Shown here: positions 8,737-18,213 of the stretch, in pieces
Position numbering within the stretch: the first letter of the stretch is position 1
How the letters are laid out: every line of letters starts with the position of its first letter
Assembly (NCBI GenBank): GCA_034660035.1
Contig: JAYEIJ010000062.1
Location: 11,522-75,521, forward strand
Direction: 5' to 3'
Length of the DNA stretch: 64,000 nucleotides
Source: Actinomycetota bacterium
Lineage (GTDB): Bacteria > Actinomycetota > Acidimicrobiia > Spongiisociales > UBA5794
Position numbers and translations under genes: made by a program
Notes under the pieces: generated by a model
Database searches by the model: none
Told to the model about the DNA's origin: nothing
What the model saw: only the letters and a program-made list of their open reading frames with translations

Positions 8737-10215
8737 TTACCGCCTCCAGAACGATGCCGTGAAGAGCAGGATCACCGGGTAGATCTCGAGGCGTCCGAGG
8801 ATCATCAACATCCCGAGAACCCACTTCCCCGGCGCAGCGACCTCGGCGTAGGTCGATGCGGGACCAACCGTTCCGAGTGCGGGGCCGACGTTGCTGATAG
8901 CAGACGCTGCTGCCGACAGACCGGTCACGAGATCCATGTTGGCACCCCAGGCGCTCTCGAAATAGAGCAGCAGCACCGTCCCTATGCCGAACGCGAGCAT
9001 GTACACGACGACGTAGCTGTGGACGGCGGAGACGATCTCCGCCGGAACGGGAGCGCGGCCGAACCGGGTGATCGACACCGATCGGGGCCGTGTGAGACGC
9101 CGTACCTCGGCGGCGGCCGACTTGAGAACGATCGCGACGCGGTACGTCTTGAGGGCGCCGGTCGTGGACCCCCCCATGCCACCGATGAACATCATCATGA
9201 GGATGACGCCTCCCATGGCCGCCGGCCAGACCCCGTAGTTGGTAACCGTGTATCCGGTTCCCGTGATCGTGGCGATCGCCGTGAAGATCGACTCACGAAC
9301 AGGGACGCCAACGTTGTCGAGAGCCACGCCGCCCATCAACAGAGCAACGCCGGTCAGCAGACTCATGAGGTAGTAGCGGAACTCCGGCTTCCTGAGGTAC
9401 TCGCTCGGATCGCGAAGCGCTCTGATGTGCAGAGTGAACGAGGCCCCCGCCACGATCATCAGTGCGATGATGACCCACTGGGAGTATGCAGAGAACGCTC
9501 CGAGGGATCCAGATTCGGTGCTGAATCCCCCGGTAGAGACAGAAGTCAGAGCATGGGCTATCCCCTCGAACACCGTCATGTCACCGAAGGCCAGAAGTAC
9601 TGCTGCGGCAACGGTGAGTGCGACGTACAGGCCCCACAGGCGCAGTGCCGTTCCCCGGAATCGCGGTGTGAGCCGGTCTGGCTCCGGACCGGCTGTTTCC
9701 GCTCGTACGAGGTGGAGGCCACCTGCGCCCACAAGGGGCAGTACGGCGATCGACAGAACGATGATCCCCATGCCGCCCAGCCACTGCGTCGTTGCCCGCC
9801 ACATGAGAAGACCCTTTGCGACGCCCGACAGATCCACGATCACGGTTGCCCCGGTCGTGGTGAATCCGGCGGTGCTCTCGAACAGAGCGTCGGTGGCGCT
9901 GAAAGAACCCGTCAACAGGTAGGGAACGGAACCGAAAGCGATCACCGCGACCCATGCGATGGCGACACCCGCAAACGCATCTTTCGGACGGAGGCGCTCG
10001 GGGCGACCGACGACCACGATCGTCAGCCCGCCGATCCCGACCGCCAATACCAGAGTGAGACCGAGATGAAGAGCGGTCTCCCACTCCCGATAGATCGCTG
10101 CTACCACGATCGCCGGCGTCACCGCCAGTCCACCCGCGACGAGAACGATGCCGACGATATAGGCGATGCGGCGCGGTGTAGGTGTGGCCGCCCAGCCTCG
10201 GGTGCGGAGAGGCAC
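8737..10215 (-). CDS. trkH: Trk/Ktr potassium uptake system, membrane subunit TrkH
   Basis: 492 aa. Multi-pass membrane protein with repeated TGG/TGF selectivity-filter-like motifs (TAGFTTTG, STGGFST, TGTGYT, GGMGGSTTG). Confidence 0.85.
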   Translation of the reverse strand: MPLRTRGWAATPTPRRIAYIVGIVLVAGGLAVTPAIVVAAIYREWETALHLGLTLVLAVGIGGLTIVVVGRPERLRPKDAFAGVAIAWVAVIAFGSVPYLLTGSFSATDALFESTAGFTTTGATVIVDLSGVAKGLLMWRATTQWLGGMGIIVLSIAVLPLVGAGGLHLVRAETAGPEPDRLTPRFRGTALRLWGLYVALTVAAAVLLAFGDMTVFEGIAHALTSVSTGGFSTESGSLGAFSAYSQWVIIALMIVAGASFTLHIRALRDPSEYLRKPEFRYYLMSLLTGVALLMGGVALDNVGVPVRESIFTAIATITGTGYTVTNYGVWPAAMGGVILMMMFIGGMGGSTTGALKTYRVAIVLKSAAAEVRRLTRPRSVSITRFGRAPVPAEIVSAVHSYVVVYMLAFGIGTVLLLYFESAWGANMDLVTGLSAAASAISNVGPALGTVGPASTYAEVAAPGKWVLGMLMILGRLEIYPVILLFTASFWRR

Positions 10216-10218
10216 GGT

Positions 10219-11550
10219 CTACGCCCCGAAGAGGCGCTCTACGGCACCGATGATGTCCGGGGTAGAGAGCACAACGACCCGGTCACCCTTCCTGAAACGA
10301 GATGAACCTCGAGGCACGATCGCCTCGCCGGATCGGAGTATCGCTCCGATGACCGCTCCGTCGGGCAAACGCAGGTCACCGATCGAGATCCCGATTGCAG
10401 GTGCATGTTCCATGATCTCGATCTCCAGGGCTTCGATGCCACCCGTCATGAAGTCTGCCGCCGACACGATGGCGCCCCGGCGCACGAAGCGAAGAACGGC
10501 ATTCGCTGCAGCGACCTTCGCCGAGACCCCGGCGCTGATCCCAACGGCGGGCATGAAGTCGAAGAGCGCGACTCTGTTGAACCGCGAGACCGTTGTGGAT
10601 GCTCCGAGACGATCGGTGATCAGGCACGCGAGCATGTTGACAGCGTCGCTTCTGGTCAGGGCCAGCACACCGTCGCCCTGTCCTATCTCAAGGTTCTGGA
10701 AGACCATCGGGTCGGTAGGATCCGCCACGATGACGTCGATCTTCGGGTTGCGGGCCGCGATGGCGTGAGCCCGGTCGGGATTGTTGTGAATGACAAGCAC
10801 GCGGCGACCTTCACTCCGAATGGCGGCGGCGCTGAGTTCGGCGACTCGTCCCCCACCGATGATGATGACGCGATCGATTTCCTCCGAGGTCGCACCGATG
10901 AGTTCGCTCGCCCTGGTCACATCTTCGGCTTTGGCCACGAGGAGTATCTTGTCGAAAGCCTCGATGACCGTCGCGCCTCTTCCGACGAGCGCTCGGTCGT
11001 TCCTGATGATCGAGGCGATCACGCAATCCCATCCCTTGAGGGATTGTCGCATCTCCGCCAGGGACTGCCCGACGAGATCTGAGCTCGAACTGACGATCCC
11101 GCCGAGGATCACGATGGAACCGTCGCAGAACATGAAGTAGTCCGACAACCCTGGATGGGCAATGAGGCCGACGAGCTTCTCCGCAACCGAGGCTCGTGGG
11201 TCGATGACGGCTTCGACACCCGACTGAAGGACGATGTCCTGGAGTTCGCGGTGCTCGATCCGCGCAACGGTTCGCTCAAGACCGAGCGCACGCGCCGTCT
11301 GACAGGCGAGAACGTTCGTTCCATCGTCATCCGACACGGCGAACAGGATGTCGGCGCGTTCCACACCGGCTCGACGAAGAACGCTCGGACTCGCCCCATT
11401 GCCCTCGATGACCTGTGCATCCAGACGCTCCCGAAGATGGGCCGCCCGGTGAGCATCGGCCTCCACGATCGCGACGTCGTCACCCTCAGCAACGAGACGC
11501 TCAGCAAGGTGCGATCCGTCGGCTCCTCCTCCAACGATCACGATCCTCAT
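10219..11550 (-). CDS. trkA: Trk potassium uptake system NAD-binding subunit TrkA (two RCK domains)
   Basis: 443 aa. Two Rossmann motifs: VIVGGGADGSHLA and IIIGGGRVAE. Adjacent to trkH. Confidence 0.85.
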   Translation of the reverse strand: MRIVIVGGGADGSHLAERLVAEGDDVAIVEADAHRAAHLRERLDAQVIEGNGASPSVLRRAGVERADILFAVSDDDGTNVLACQTARALGLERTVARIEHRELQDIVLQSGVEAVIDPRASVAEKLVGLIAHPGLSDYFMFCDGSIVILGGIVSSSSDLVGQSLAEMRQSLKGWDCVIASIIRNDRALVGRGATVIEAFDKILLVAKAEDVTRASELIGATSEEIDRVIIIGGGRVAELSAAAIRSEGRRVLVIHNNPDRAHAIAARNPKIDVIVADPTDPMVFQNLEIGQGDGVLALTRSDAVNMLACLITDRLGASTTVSRFNRVALFDFMPAVGISAGVSAKVAAANAVLRFVRRGAIVSAADFMTGGIEALEIEIMEHAPAIGISIGDLRLPDGAVIGAILRSGEAIVPRGSSRFRKGDRVVVLSTPDIIGAVERLFGA

Positions 11551-11665
11551 GCCTGCTCCCGGATGTCTCTCGATACGAGGCTAGTCCGCCGACCCGTGCG
11601 AACCTCGCACATGCCGCTCGACAGATCATTGTCCGGCGTGACCTGCGCTCCCCTACTCTGTTCGT

Positions 11666-12286
11666 GTGACCGAAGACAACGTACCGAGGGAGATCGGGGT
11701 CGGCCCCTATCCGGAGCCGTGGCCCGACGATCCGAGGATGGATCACGAACTTCTGGCGGAGGGCGACCGTCGCAACGTCATCGATCGGTACCGCTACTGG
11801 TCGCAGGAAGCCATCATCGCCGACCTCGACCTGCGACGGCACCCGTTCCACGTGGCGATCGAGAACTGGCAGCACGATTTCAACATCGGATCCATCGTCC
11901 GCAATGCGAATGCCTTCCTCGCTGCCGGTGTCCACATCGTCGGGAAGCGTCGATGGAACCGTCGGGGCGCCATGGTCACGGACCGTTACCTCCGCGTGGA
12001 GCATCACTCCACGATCGCGCATCTCATCGATTGGGCTGCCGATGAGGGGCTGCCGATCATCGGAATCGACATCCTGCCCGGTGCAGTTCCGATCGAGACA
12101 ACCCATCTACCGAAGCGCTGCATCCTGCTGTTCGGACAGGAAGGTCCAGGCCTTTCCATCGAAGCACGGGACGCGTGCGACATGGTCTGCTCGATCGCCC
12201 AGTTCGGATCGACCCGGTCCATCAACGCAGGCGTGGCCTCAGGAATTGCCATGCACATCTGGATCCAGCAGCACGTGGAGTTCTGA
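11666..12286 (+). CDS. TrmH/SpoU-family RNA 2'-O-methyltransferase
   Basis: 206 aa, GTG start. NIGSIVRNANAF and LLFGQEGPGLS motifs of the SPOUT family. Confidence 0.7.
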   Translation: MTEDNVPREIGVGPYPEPWPDDPRMDHELLAEGDRRNVIDRYRYWSQEAIIADLDLRRHPFHVAIENWQHDFNIGSIVRNANAFLAAGVHIVGKRRWNRRGAMVTDRYLRVEHHSTIAHLIDWAADEGLPIIGIDILPGAVPIETTHLPKRCILLFGQEGPGLSIEARDACDMVCSIAQFGSTRSINAGVASGIAMHIWIQQHVEF

Positions 12287-12343
12287 CCGATGAGCTGTGG
12301 GCGAGAGGGGTGAGATCTCTTCCTGTGTGTTCTTGCTCATGGC

Positions 12344-13591
12344 TCAAGGCTCATAGCTCAGGGCTTCCGGCTCAAGGCTCCCTCCGGCCGACACTTCCAC
12401 GGCTCCATACCCATGGATCACGAACGCGGGGTTCCGCGTCGGAGGCTCCACGAGGTGTAATCCGGGCATCAGTGCCGCCATACGTTCTACCGCTACCGAG
12501 AGTTCGAGCCGCGCGAGCGGGGCTCCGATGCATGTGTGGATCCCGCCTCCGAACGTGATGTGCGAGGCATCCCCGCGACCGACGACGAACTCGTCCGGAT
12601 CGTTGAAATGCCGGGGGTCGCGGTTCGCCGAGCCGAAGAGCATCGCGACCTTCTCGCCGCGGATGAATTCGCGCCCTGCATAGGAGACTCCGTCGGCGAG
12701 CACCCATCGTTCGAAGAGTTGCAGCGGCGGATCGAAGCGGATCATCTCCTCGACGGCCGTTCTCGGGGCCACTCGTTGCGAACGGATCGACTCCCACGCA
12801 CCCGGAGTCGAGAGCACCGAAACCATCCCGTTTCCGAGCGAGTTGACGGTGGCCTCATGGCCGGCGTTGAGGAGAAGCACGATCGTCGAGATGATCTCGC
12901 TGTCGCTCAGCCGGCCGTCCGACGTCTCGACCGTACAGAGACCCGAGATGAGATCGTCCGCAGGGTGCGCCCGCCGTTGGGCGATGAGGTCCCGACACCA
13001 CGAAGAGAAGTCCGCTGACGCCCGAACCGCGGCGGCAGCCTGGTCGTCGCTCGTGTCGAGTTCGTACATCTTCACGATGCGATGCGACCAATCGAGGTAC
13101 CGAGGCCAGTCCTCGAGTGGTGCTCCCAGCAGTTCGGCGATCACATGTATGGAGAAGGGCTGTGCGAAATCGGAGAGAAGATCGAAACGCGGGTTGTTCG
13201 ATGCTTTCTGTAGAAGCCGGTCGGCGTGACCGACGATCGCCGATCGGAGTCCCTCGATGCGCTTCGGTGTGAACTCCCGATACACCAGTTGCCGCAGGCG
13301 GCGATGCTCCGGCGGTTCGAGCATCAGGAGAGACCACTGCTCGATGTCGTTGTATGGACCCCACTCAGGCCTCAGCGGTGGAAGGCCGACTTCGGCTCTG
13401 GTCATAATCGGCTCCGGTACCCGCCCGAGGCGTCGGTCTCGCAGCACGCGGAAGACGTCCTCGTATCGGGTCAGGAACCAACGCCGTGTTCCGTCATCGC
13501 CTACCTGATCGAAGATCGGAGTGGCTTCGCGAGCGGCATTGAGGATGGGATACGGGTCCTGGAGGAAGTCGGGATCGGAGAAGTCGATCAT
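12344..13591 (-). CDS. cytochrome P450
   Basis: 415 aa. Heme-binding FGGGIHTCIGAPLARLE. ExxR motif (EEMIRFDPP). I-helix AGHEAT. Confidence 0.9.
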   Translation of the reverse strand: MIDFSDPDFLQDPYPILNAAREATPIFDQVGDDGTRRWFLTRYEDVFRVLRDRRLGRVPEPIMTRAEVGLPPLRPEWGPYNDIEQWSLLMLEPPEHRRLRQLVYREFTPKRIEGLRSAIVGHADRLLQKASNNPRFDLLSDFAQPFSIHVIAELLGAPLEDWPRYLDWSHRIVKMYELDTSDDQAAAAVRASADFSSWCRDLIAQRRAHPADDLISGLCTVETSDGRLSDSEIISTIVLLLNAGHEATVNSLGNGMVSVLSTPGAWESIRSQRVAPRTAVEEMIRFDPPLQLFERWVLADGVSYAGREFIRGEKVAMLFGSANRDPRHFNDPDEFVVGRGDASHITFGGGIHTCIGAPLARLELSVAVERMAALMPGLHLVEPPTRNPAFVIHGYGAVEVSAGGSLEPEALSYEP

Positions 13592-13654
13592 GGTGACGAA
13601 GCTACACGCGAACGAACCGCCGCGTCGTGCGGCGGTTCGTCGGTGATCGGTGTT

Positions 13655-13837
13655 CTACTTTTCGGGTTCGATGATCGGTCCGTCGTACGTGCCCTTGAGG
13701 AGTTTCTCAAGCGTCGACCGCGCCGATGCGCGCTTGGAGTAACCCTGGCTTTGGGCAACGATCTGCCCATTGGAGGCCTTCACTCGGAAAGCCCACTTCC
13801 CATTCCGCTGCTGATAGAGCTCGCCTTTACCCGCCAT
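13655..13837 (-). CDS. DUF1508 (YegP-like) small protein
   Basis: 60 aa. GKWAFRVKASNGQIVAQSQGYSSRASA pattern typical of YegP repeats. Confidence 0.55.
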   Translation of the reverse strand: MAGKGELYQQRNGKWAFRVKASNGQIVAQSQGYSKRASARSTLEKLLKGTYDGPIIEPEK

Positions 13838-13918
13838 GCCGTGTTTTCCTCCTTAGGAATTTCTTGCACCATAGTCCGCGAAATCCGTCGGTAGCGATTC
13901 ACGACGTCCAAGAGCCCG

Positions 13919-14314
13919 TTAGAGATGCGTCTCTCGTTCCAGATCGAGGGCCGCAGAATTGATGCAGTACCTCAGGCCGGTGGGATTCGGCCCATCGTCG
14001 AAGACGTGGCCGAGGTGGGCGCCGCACTCCGCACAAGTGACCTCGGTCCGCAAACGAAGAAGGCTGCGATCATCCCGGGTGTCGATAACACCTTCTGCGG
14101 ATGGCTGCCAGAAACTTGGCCATCCGCTCTCCGAATCGAACTTGGTTTCACTCGAGAACAACCCGGCGCCGCACACCACGCAGCGATACTCTCCTACTTC
14201 CTTCGTGTCCCAGTATTCGCCGGTGAATGCCTGCTCAGTTCCCGCTTCCTGGGTGACGTGGATCTGCATCGGGGACAGGTCCGATAGATCACGTTCGTTG
14301 GTGCCGCTCATCAC
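13919..14314 (-). CDS. msrB: peptide-methionine (R)-S-oxide reductase MsrB
   Basis: 131 aa. Two CxxC pairs (CVVCGAGLF, CAECGAHLGHVF), SGWPSF, and the RYCINSAAL catalytic Cys motif. Confidence 0.9.
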   Translation of the reverse strand: MMSGTNERDLSDLSPMQIHVTQEAGTEQAFTGEYWDTKEVGEYRCVVCGAGLFSSETKFDSESGWPSFWQPSAEGVIDTRDDRSLLRLRTEVTCAECGAHLGHVFDDGPNPTGLRYCINSAALDLERETHL

Positions 14315-14328
14315 GCGAGGCTACCGTC

Positions 14329-16041
14329 ATGGCTATGGATACGAACACGATCGACATCGCGATTGCGTCCCTCAACGCCAACAAGACCCGGTGGGCCCGT
14401 CTGCCCATTGCGACGAAGATCTATCTCCTCGACGACATGCGCAGGCGCGTGGGGACCGTGGCCCATGAATGGGTCGAAGCGGCCGCGGTTGCGAAACAGA
14501 TTCCGACCGGTTCGCAGCTTGTGGGCGAGGAATGGACGAGCGGCCCGTATGCCCTTGCAGCCGGTGCCGCTGCCATCGCCGACACGCTCCGACGTATCGA
14601 AGACGGCACACCCATCCTCGAGGGTTTCTCCAGCAAGAAGATGGCCGACGGGCAACTCGCGGTGCAGGTGTTTCCTGCGAACTTCGAGGACCGTCTCTTC
14701 CTCAGCGGTCACACCGCAGAGGTCTGGATGAGGCCCGGCGTCGAGGAGGAAGACCTCGAACGAGGGGCAGCATCGTTCTACCGCACACACGACCCAGAAG
14801 GTTCCGTCACGCTGGTGCTCGGCGCCGGCAACATCGCATCCATCGCGCCACTCGACGTTCTCACCGAACTCTTCAACTACGGCTCCGTGACAGCGGTGAA
14901 ACTCAATCCGGTCAACGCCTACCTCGGCCCCTTCCTCGAAGAGATCTTCGGCTCATTCGTCGATGGCGGATTCGTACGCTTCGTCCACGGAGGCACCGAG
15001 GAAGGCGTCTATCTCACCCGACACGACCTCATCGAACACATTCATGTCACCGGGGCCGCCACAACGCACGACGCGATCGTGTACGGCGTCGGTGAGGAGG
15101 GCGCTCGTCGGAAGATCGCTGACGAACCGGTCAACTCCACGCCTGTGACGAGTGAACTGGGCGGGGTTGGACCGACGATCGTCGCGGGCGGTGAGTGGTC
15201 CGACGCCGATCTGCGCTATCAGGCCGCGCACATCATGAGTCAGAAGCTGCACAACCACGGGTTCAACTGCATCGCATGCCAGGTTCTGGTTCTTCCCGAG
15301 GAGTGGGACCAGGCCGACGCGCTTCTAGATGCCATGCGGGCCGTGGTGGTCGACCTCGGCCAGCGAGGCGCCTACTACCCGGGTGCCAGAGAGCGCCACA
15401 GCGCTGCCGTCGCCGCTCACGAAGATGCAGAGATCCTGACCGATGGTGAGGGACCGGTGACGTTCATCACCGACCTCGACCCGGCCGCGAGCGATGACAT
15501 CTGCTTCACCACCGAGTTCTTCGGTGCCGTGCTGGGCGTGGTTCGCCTGCCGGGGTCCACCACGGAAGAGTTCCTTGAGAACGCCGTGAAGTTCGCGAAC
15601 GAAACGCTGGACGGCAACCTGGGAGCGAATCTGATCATCCACCCGGCTACCGCCAAGCGAGATCCAGAGGCGTTGGAAGCCGCGATCCACGACCTCCGTT
15701 ACGGAACGATCGCGGTGAACTCCTGGGTTGGTATCGCCTTCGCTATGAACCGGGCGACCTGGGGAGCGTTTCCCGGCAACCCTCGCAACGATATCGCATC
15801 GGGAACCGGTGTGGTCCACAACTCCCTCATGCTCGAAGACACCGAGCGCACGGTGGTCCGCGGCGCGTTCGCACCGTTCCCGCGAACGCTGCGGCAGGGC
15901 GTGGTTCACACTGAGCCCACTCCACCGTTCTTCGTCACCAACCGTCGGGCAGCGCACCTCGGCGAGCTACTGACCGAAGCCGTCGTGAGCGGATCACGGA
16001 AGAACCTCCCTGCGATCGTTGCGACGGCGATGCGCGGTTAG
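14329..16041 (+). CDS. aldehyde dehydrogenase family protein (long, divergent form)
   Basis: 570 aa. ELGG(V) general-base motif and a GFNCIAC catalytic Cys region. C-terminal extension relative to canonical ~480-aa ALDHs. Confidence 0.7.
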   Translation: MAMDTNTIDIAIASLNANKTRWARLPIATKIYLLDDMRRRVGTVAHEWVEAAAVAKQIPTGSQLVGEEWTSGPYALAAGAAAIADTLRRIEDGTPILEGFSSKKMADGQLAVQVFPANFEDRLFLSGHTAEVWMRPGVEEEDLERGAASFYRTHDPEGSVTLVLGAGNIASIAPLDVLTELFNYGSVTAVKLNPVNAYLGPFLEEIFGSFVDGGFVRFVHGGTEEGVYLTRHDLIEHIHVTGAATTHDAIVYGVGEEGARRKIADEPVNSTPVTSELGGVGPTIVAGGEWSDADLRYQAAHIMSQKLHNHGFNCIACQVLVLPEEWDQADALLDAMRAVVVDLGQRGAYYPGARERHSAAVAAHEDAEILTDGEGPVTFITDLDPAASDDICFTTEFFGAVLGVVRLPGSTTEEFLENAVKFANETLDGNLGANLIIHPATAKRDPEALEAAIHDLRYGTIAVNSWVGIAFAMNRATWGAFPGNPRNDIASGTGVVHNSLMLEDTERTVVRGAFAPFPRTLRQGVVHTEPTPPFFVTNRRAAHLGELLTEAVVSGSRKNLPAIVATAMRG

Positions 16042-16610
16042 CGGGTAGGCTCGATCCCCGCCCTGCGAAGCGCCGCGACGATCGGCTTCAGCGGCAGTCC
16101 GATCACGTTGCTTCTCGAGCCCGCAACACCGCTCACGAAACGCGCTCCCTCGCCCTGAAGCGCGTACGCACCCGCCTTGTCGAGCGGCTCGCCCGATTCC
16201 GCGTAGGCGTCGGCCTCCTCCCGCGTCACGGAACGCATCGACACCAGCGACGTGTCGAAACCGTCCTCGATGACGGTCCCGTCGGCGGCGATCGCCCAAC
16301 CCGTGAGCACGAGATGTGTTCGGCCCGCAATGGAGAGGAGCATGTCCGCTGCGCCGGCGTTGTCCGTCGGCTTCCCGAGAATCAGGCCATCGAGAACCAC
16401 CGTCGTATCGGCACCAAGAGCGACCAGTCCATCCCTTGCTTCGGCTGCGATCGCCTTCTCCCCGGCAAGGCGTACGACCATGCGATCCGGCTCTTCATCC
16501 CTCAGGATCTGCTCGTCGACATCGGGTGATCGGATGGAGAACTCGAAGCCGGCCGCCGACAGCAGCAACCTTCGGCGGGGTGATGAACTTGCGAGGATCA
16601 GGCGGGTCAC
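16038..16610 (-). CDS. maf: Maf-like nucleoside triphosphate pyrophosphatase
   Basis: ORF 16038..16685, trimmed to GTG 16610 (VTRLILASSSPRRRLLL...). Conserved LILASxSPRR N-terminus. Confidence 0.75.
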   Translation of the reverse strand: MTRLILASSSPRRRLLLSAAGFEFSIRSPDVDEQILRDEEPDRMVVRLAGEKAIAAEARDGLVALGADTTVVLDGLILGKPTDNAGAADMLLSIAGRTHLVLTGWAIAADGTVIEDGFDTSLVSMRSVTREEADAYAESGEPLDKAGAYALQGEGARFVSGVAGSRSNVIGLPLKPIVAALRRAGIEPTR

Positions 16611-16674
16611 GTACCCATGTTCGCAGGGTCCCGTGTAGATGAGGTACGGTTGCTTCCATCCGCCCGGAGGATCC

Positions 16675-17820
16675 ATGCGTCGCACCGTCTTCGAAACCGA
16701 TCACGACATCTTCCGGCAGAGCGTCGAGCACTTCGTCGAAACCGAGATCGTTCCTTTCCATGAGCACTGGAGCGCCGAGGGGAAGATCGACAAGTCGATG
16801 TTCCGGGCAGCCGGCGGTCGGGGTTTGCTCGGGATGGCGGTTCCCGAGCGCTACGGAGGCGGTGGCGTCGACGACTTCCGCTACAACGCCGTCATCGACG
16901 AGGTCGTGACCGCTTCCGGCGCGGCAGCCTCCGGCGTGTGCATAACGCTCCACAACGATGTCTGCATCCCCTATTTCATCTCATACGCGAACGAAGAGCA
17001 ACAGGAACGATGGTTCCCGGGGCTCGTATCGGGCGACCTCATGACGGCGATCGCCATGACCGAACCCGGTACCGGTTCGGATCTGGCAGCGATCGCCACA
17101 ACCGCCACCGTCGACGGCGATGACTACGTCGTCAACGGTTCGAAGACCTTCATCACGAGTGGCATCAACGCGGACCTCGTGATCATCGTGGCGCGAACCG
17201 GGCCGGACCCTCACGGAGGCCTCACGCTCCTCGTCATCGAAGAAGGCATGGACGGTTTCGAGAGGGGTCGGAACCTCGACAAGATCGGGATGCACGCTCA
17301 GGACACGGCGGAGATGTTCTTCTCTGATGTCCGGGTCCCCATCGCGAATCGTCTCGGTTCGGAGGGGATGGGCTTTGTGCAACTCATCGGCAACCTCCCC
17401 CAGGAACGCCTCAGCATCGCGATCGGGGCGGTAGCCGCCGCCGAGGCCGCGCTGTCACTGACGATCGAGTACGCGAGGGAACGAACGGCGTTCGGCCGTC
17501 CCATCGGTCGCTTCCAGCACAACCGGTTCGTGCTCGCCGAGTTGAAGACCGAGGTCGACATCGGGCGCGTGTTCGTTGATCGACTGCTGGCGGAACACGT
17601 GGCCGGCATGCTGACGATCGAACAAGCGGCAGAGGCGAAGTGGTGGACGACGGAGATGCTCCGCCGGGTGGTCGATGCTGGCGTGCAGATGCATGGCGGG
17701 TACGGTTACATGGCGGAGTACCCGATCGCACAGGCCTACCTGGATGCCAGGGTCCAGACGATCTACGGTGGAACCACCGAGATCATGAAGGAGATCATCG
17801 GACGGGGATTGGGTCTCTGA
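16675..17820 (+). CDS. acyl-CoA dehydrogenase
   Basis: ORF 16639.., ATG 16675 (MRRTVFETDHDIF...). ACAD motifs (TEPGTGSD, YGGTTEI), FAD/CoA binding. Confidence 0.85.
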   Translation: MRRTVFETDHDIFRQSVEHFVETEIVPFHEHWSAEGKIDKSMFRAAGGRGLLGMAVPERYGGGGVDDFRYNAVIDEVVTASGAAASGVCITLHNDVCIPYFISYANEEQQERWFPGLVSGDLMTAIAMTEPGTGSDLAAIATTATVDGDDYVVNGSKTFITSGINADLVIIVARTGPDPHGGLTLLVIEEGMDGFERGRNLDKIGMHAQDTAEMFFSDVRVPIANRLGSEGMGFVQLIGNLPQERLSIAIGAVAAAEAALSLTIEYARERTAFGRPIGRFQHNRFVLAELKTEVDIGRVFVDRLLAEHVAGMLTIEQAAEAKWWTTEMLRRVVDAGVQMHGGYGYMAEYPIAQAYLDARVQTIYGGTTEIMKEIIGRGLGL

Positions 17821-17940
17821 ATTCGTGTATCTGAGTAGCCGAGGCAGACGGGCAAGCGATGAACTGCGACCAAAGGGCAAGATTGGGGAGTCTTCACCCG
17901 TCACCAGATACAAAGCCGGGCCGCGAATTGTTGTGTCGTG

Positions 17941-17967
17941 ATACGGACTACGGATTACGGACTACGG
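17941..17967 (+). repeat. tandem heptad repeat TACGGAN x4 (ATACGGACTACGGATTACGGACTACGG)
   Basis: Direct read of the sequence. Lies 30 nt upstream of a small ORF. The same 13-mer ATACGGACTACGG occurs in reverse orientation at 30945-30957, upstream of garA. Confidence 0.5.
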
Positions 17968-17995
17968 CGCCGCAGGCGCCAGACAGGGAGATGGA

Positions 17996-18154
17996 ATGGA
18001 TCGGATCAACGGCACTGTCGTGGCCCTCGTTGCCACTATCGTCATCGTTCTCGCCTGGATGTTCTTCTCGGTTGCAGCAGCCCTCGCCACCACATTTCTC
18101 GCCGGTGGTGCAGTCGCTCTAGCAGCAGTCCTGAAAGGAAAGTACGGCGGCTAG
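17996..18154 (+). CDS. small hydrophobic (membrane) peptide, 52 aa
   Basis: MDRINGTVVALVATIVIVLAWMFFSVAAALATTFLAGGAVALAAVLKGKYGG. GGGAG RBS 8 nt upstream. GC3-biased codons. The alternative-frame track ORF 17859..18122 is low-complexity. Confidence 0.3.
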   Translation: MDRINGTVVALVATIVIVLAWMFFSVAAALATTFLAGGAVALAAVLKGKYGG

Positions 18155-18213
18155 CGCCCGCCCGGTTTCGGGTACTGACTACCGAATACCGACGACATCG
18201 CCGAAGGCGATCC

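Noticed and set aside
8698-10305. 535-aa plus-strand ORF opposite trkH, and similar long antisense ORFs (579..1274, 5031..5927, 36628..38517, 39830..40702, 44295..45290, 49535..51043)
   Set aside because: Low-complexity Arg/Pro/Gly-rich translations typical of antisense frames in high-GC DNA. Each is fully overlapped by a gene with clear family motifs on the other strand.
11551-11665. Possible c-di-AMP (ydaO) riboswitch upstream of the trkA-trkH operon
   Set aside because: Only 115 nt is available between divergent starts, and it must also hold two promoters. No recognisable ydaO conserved segments were seen by eye. It would need a covariance-model search to exclude.
12344-12400. Direct repeats GGCTCAAGGCTC near 12350-12400
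   Set aside because: They lie inside the 3' coding end of the P450 gene (encoding ...SLEPEALSYEP). Simple codon-level repetition, not an independent element.
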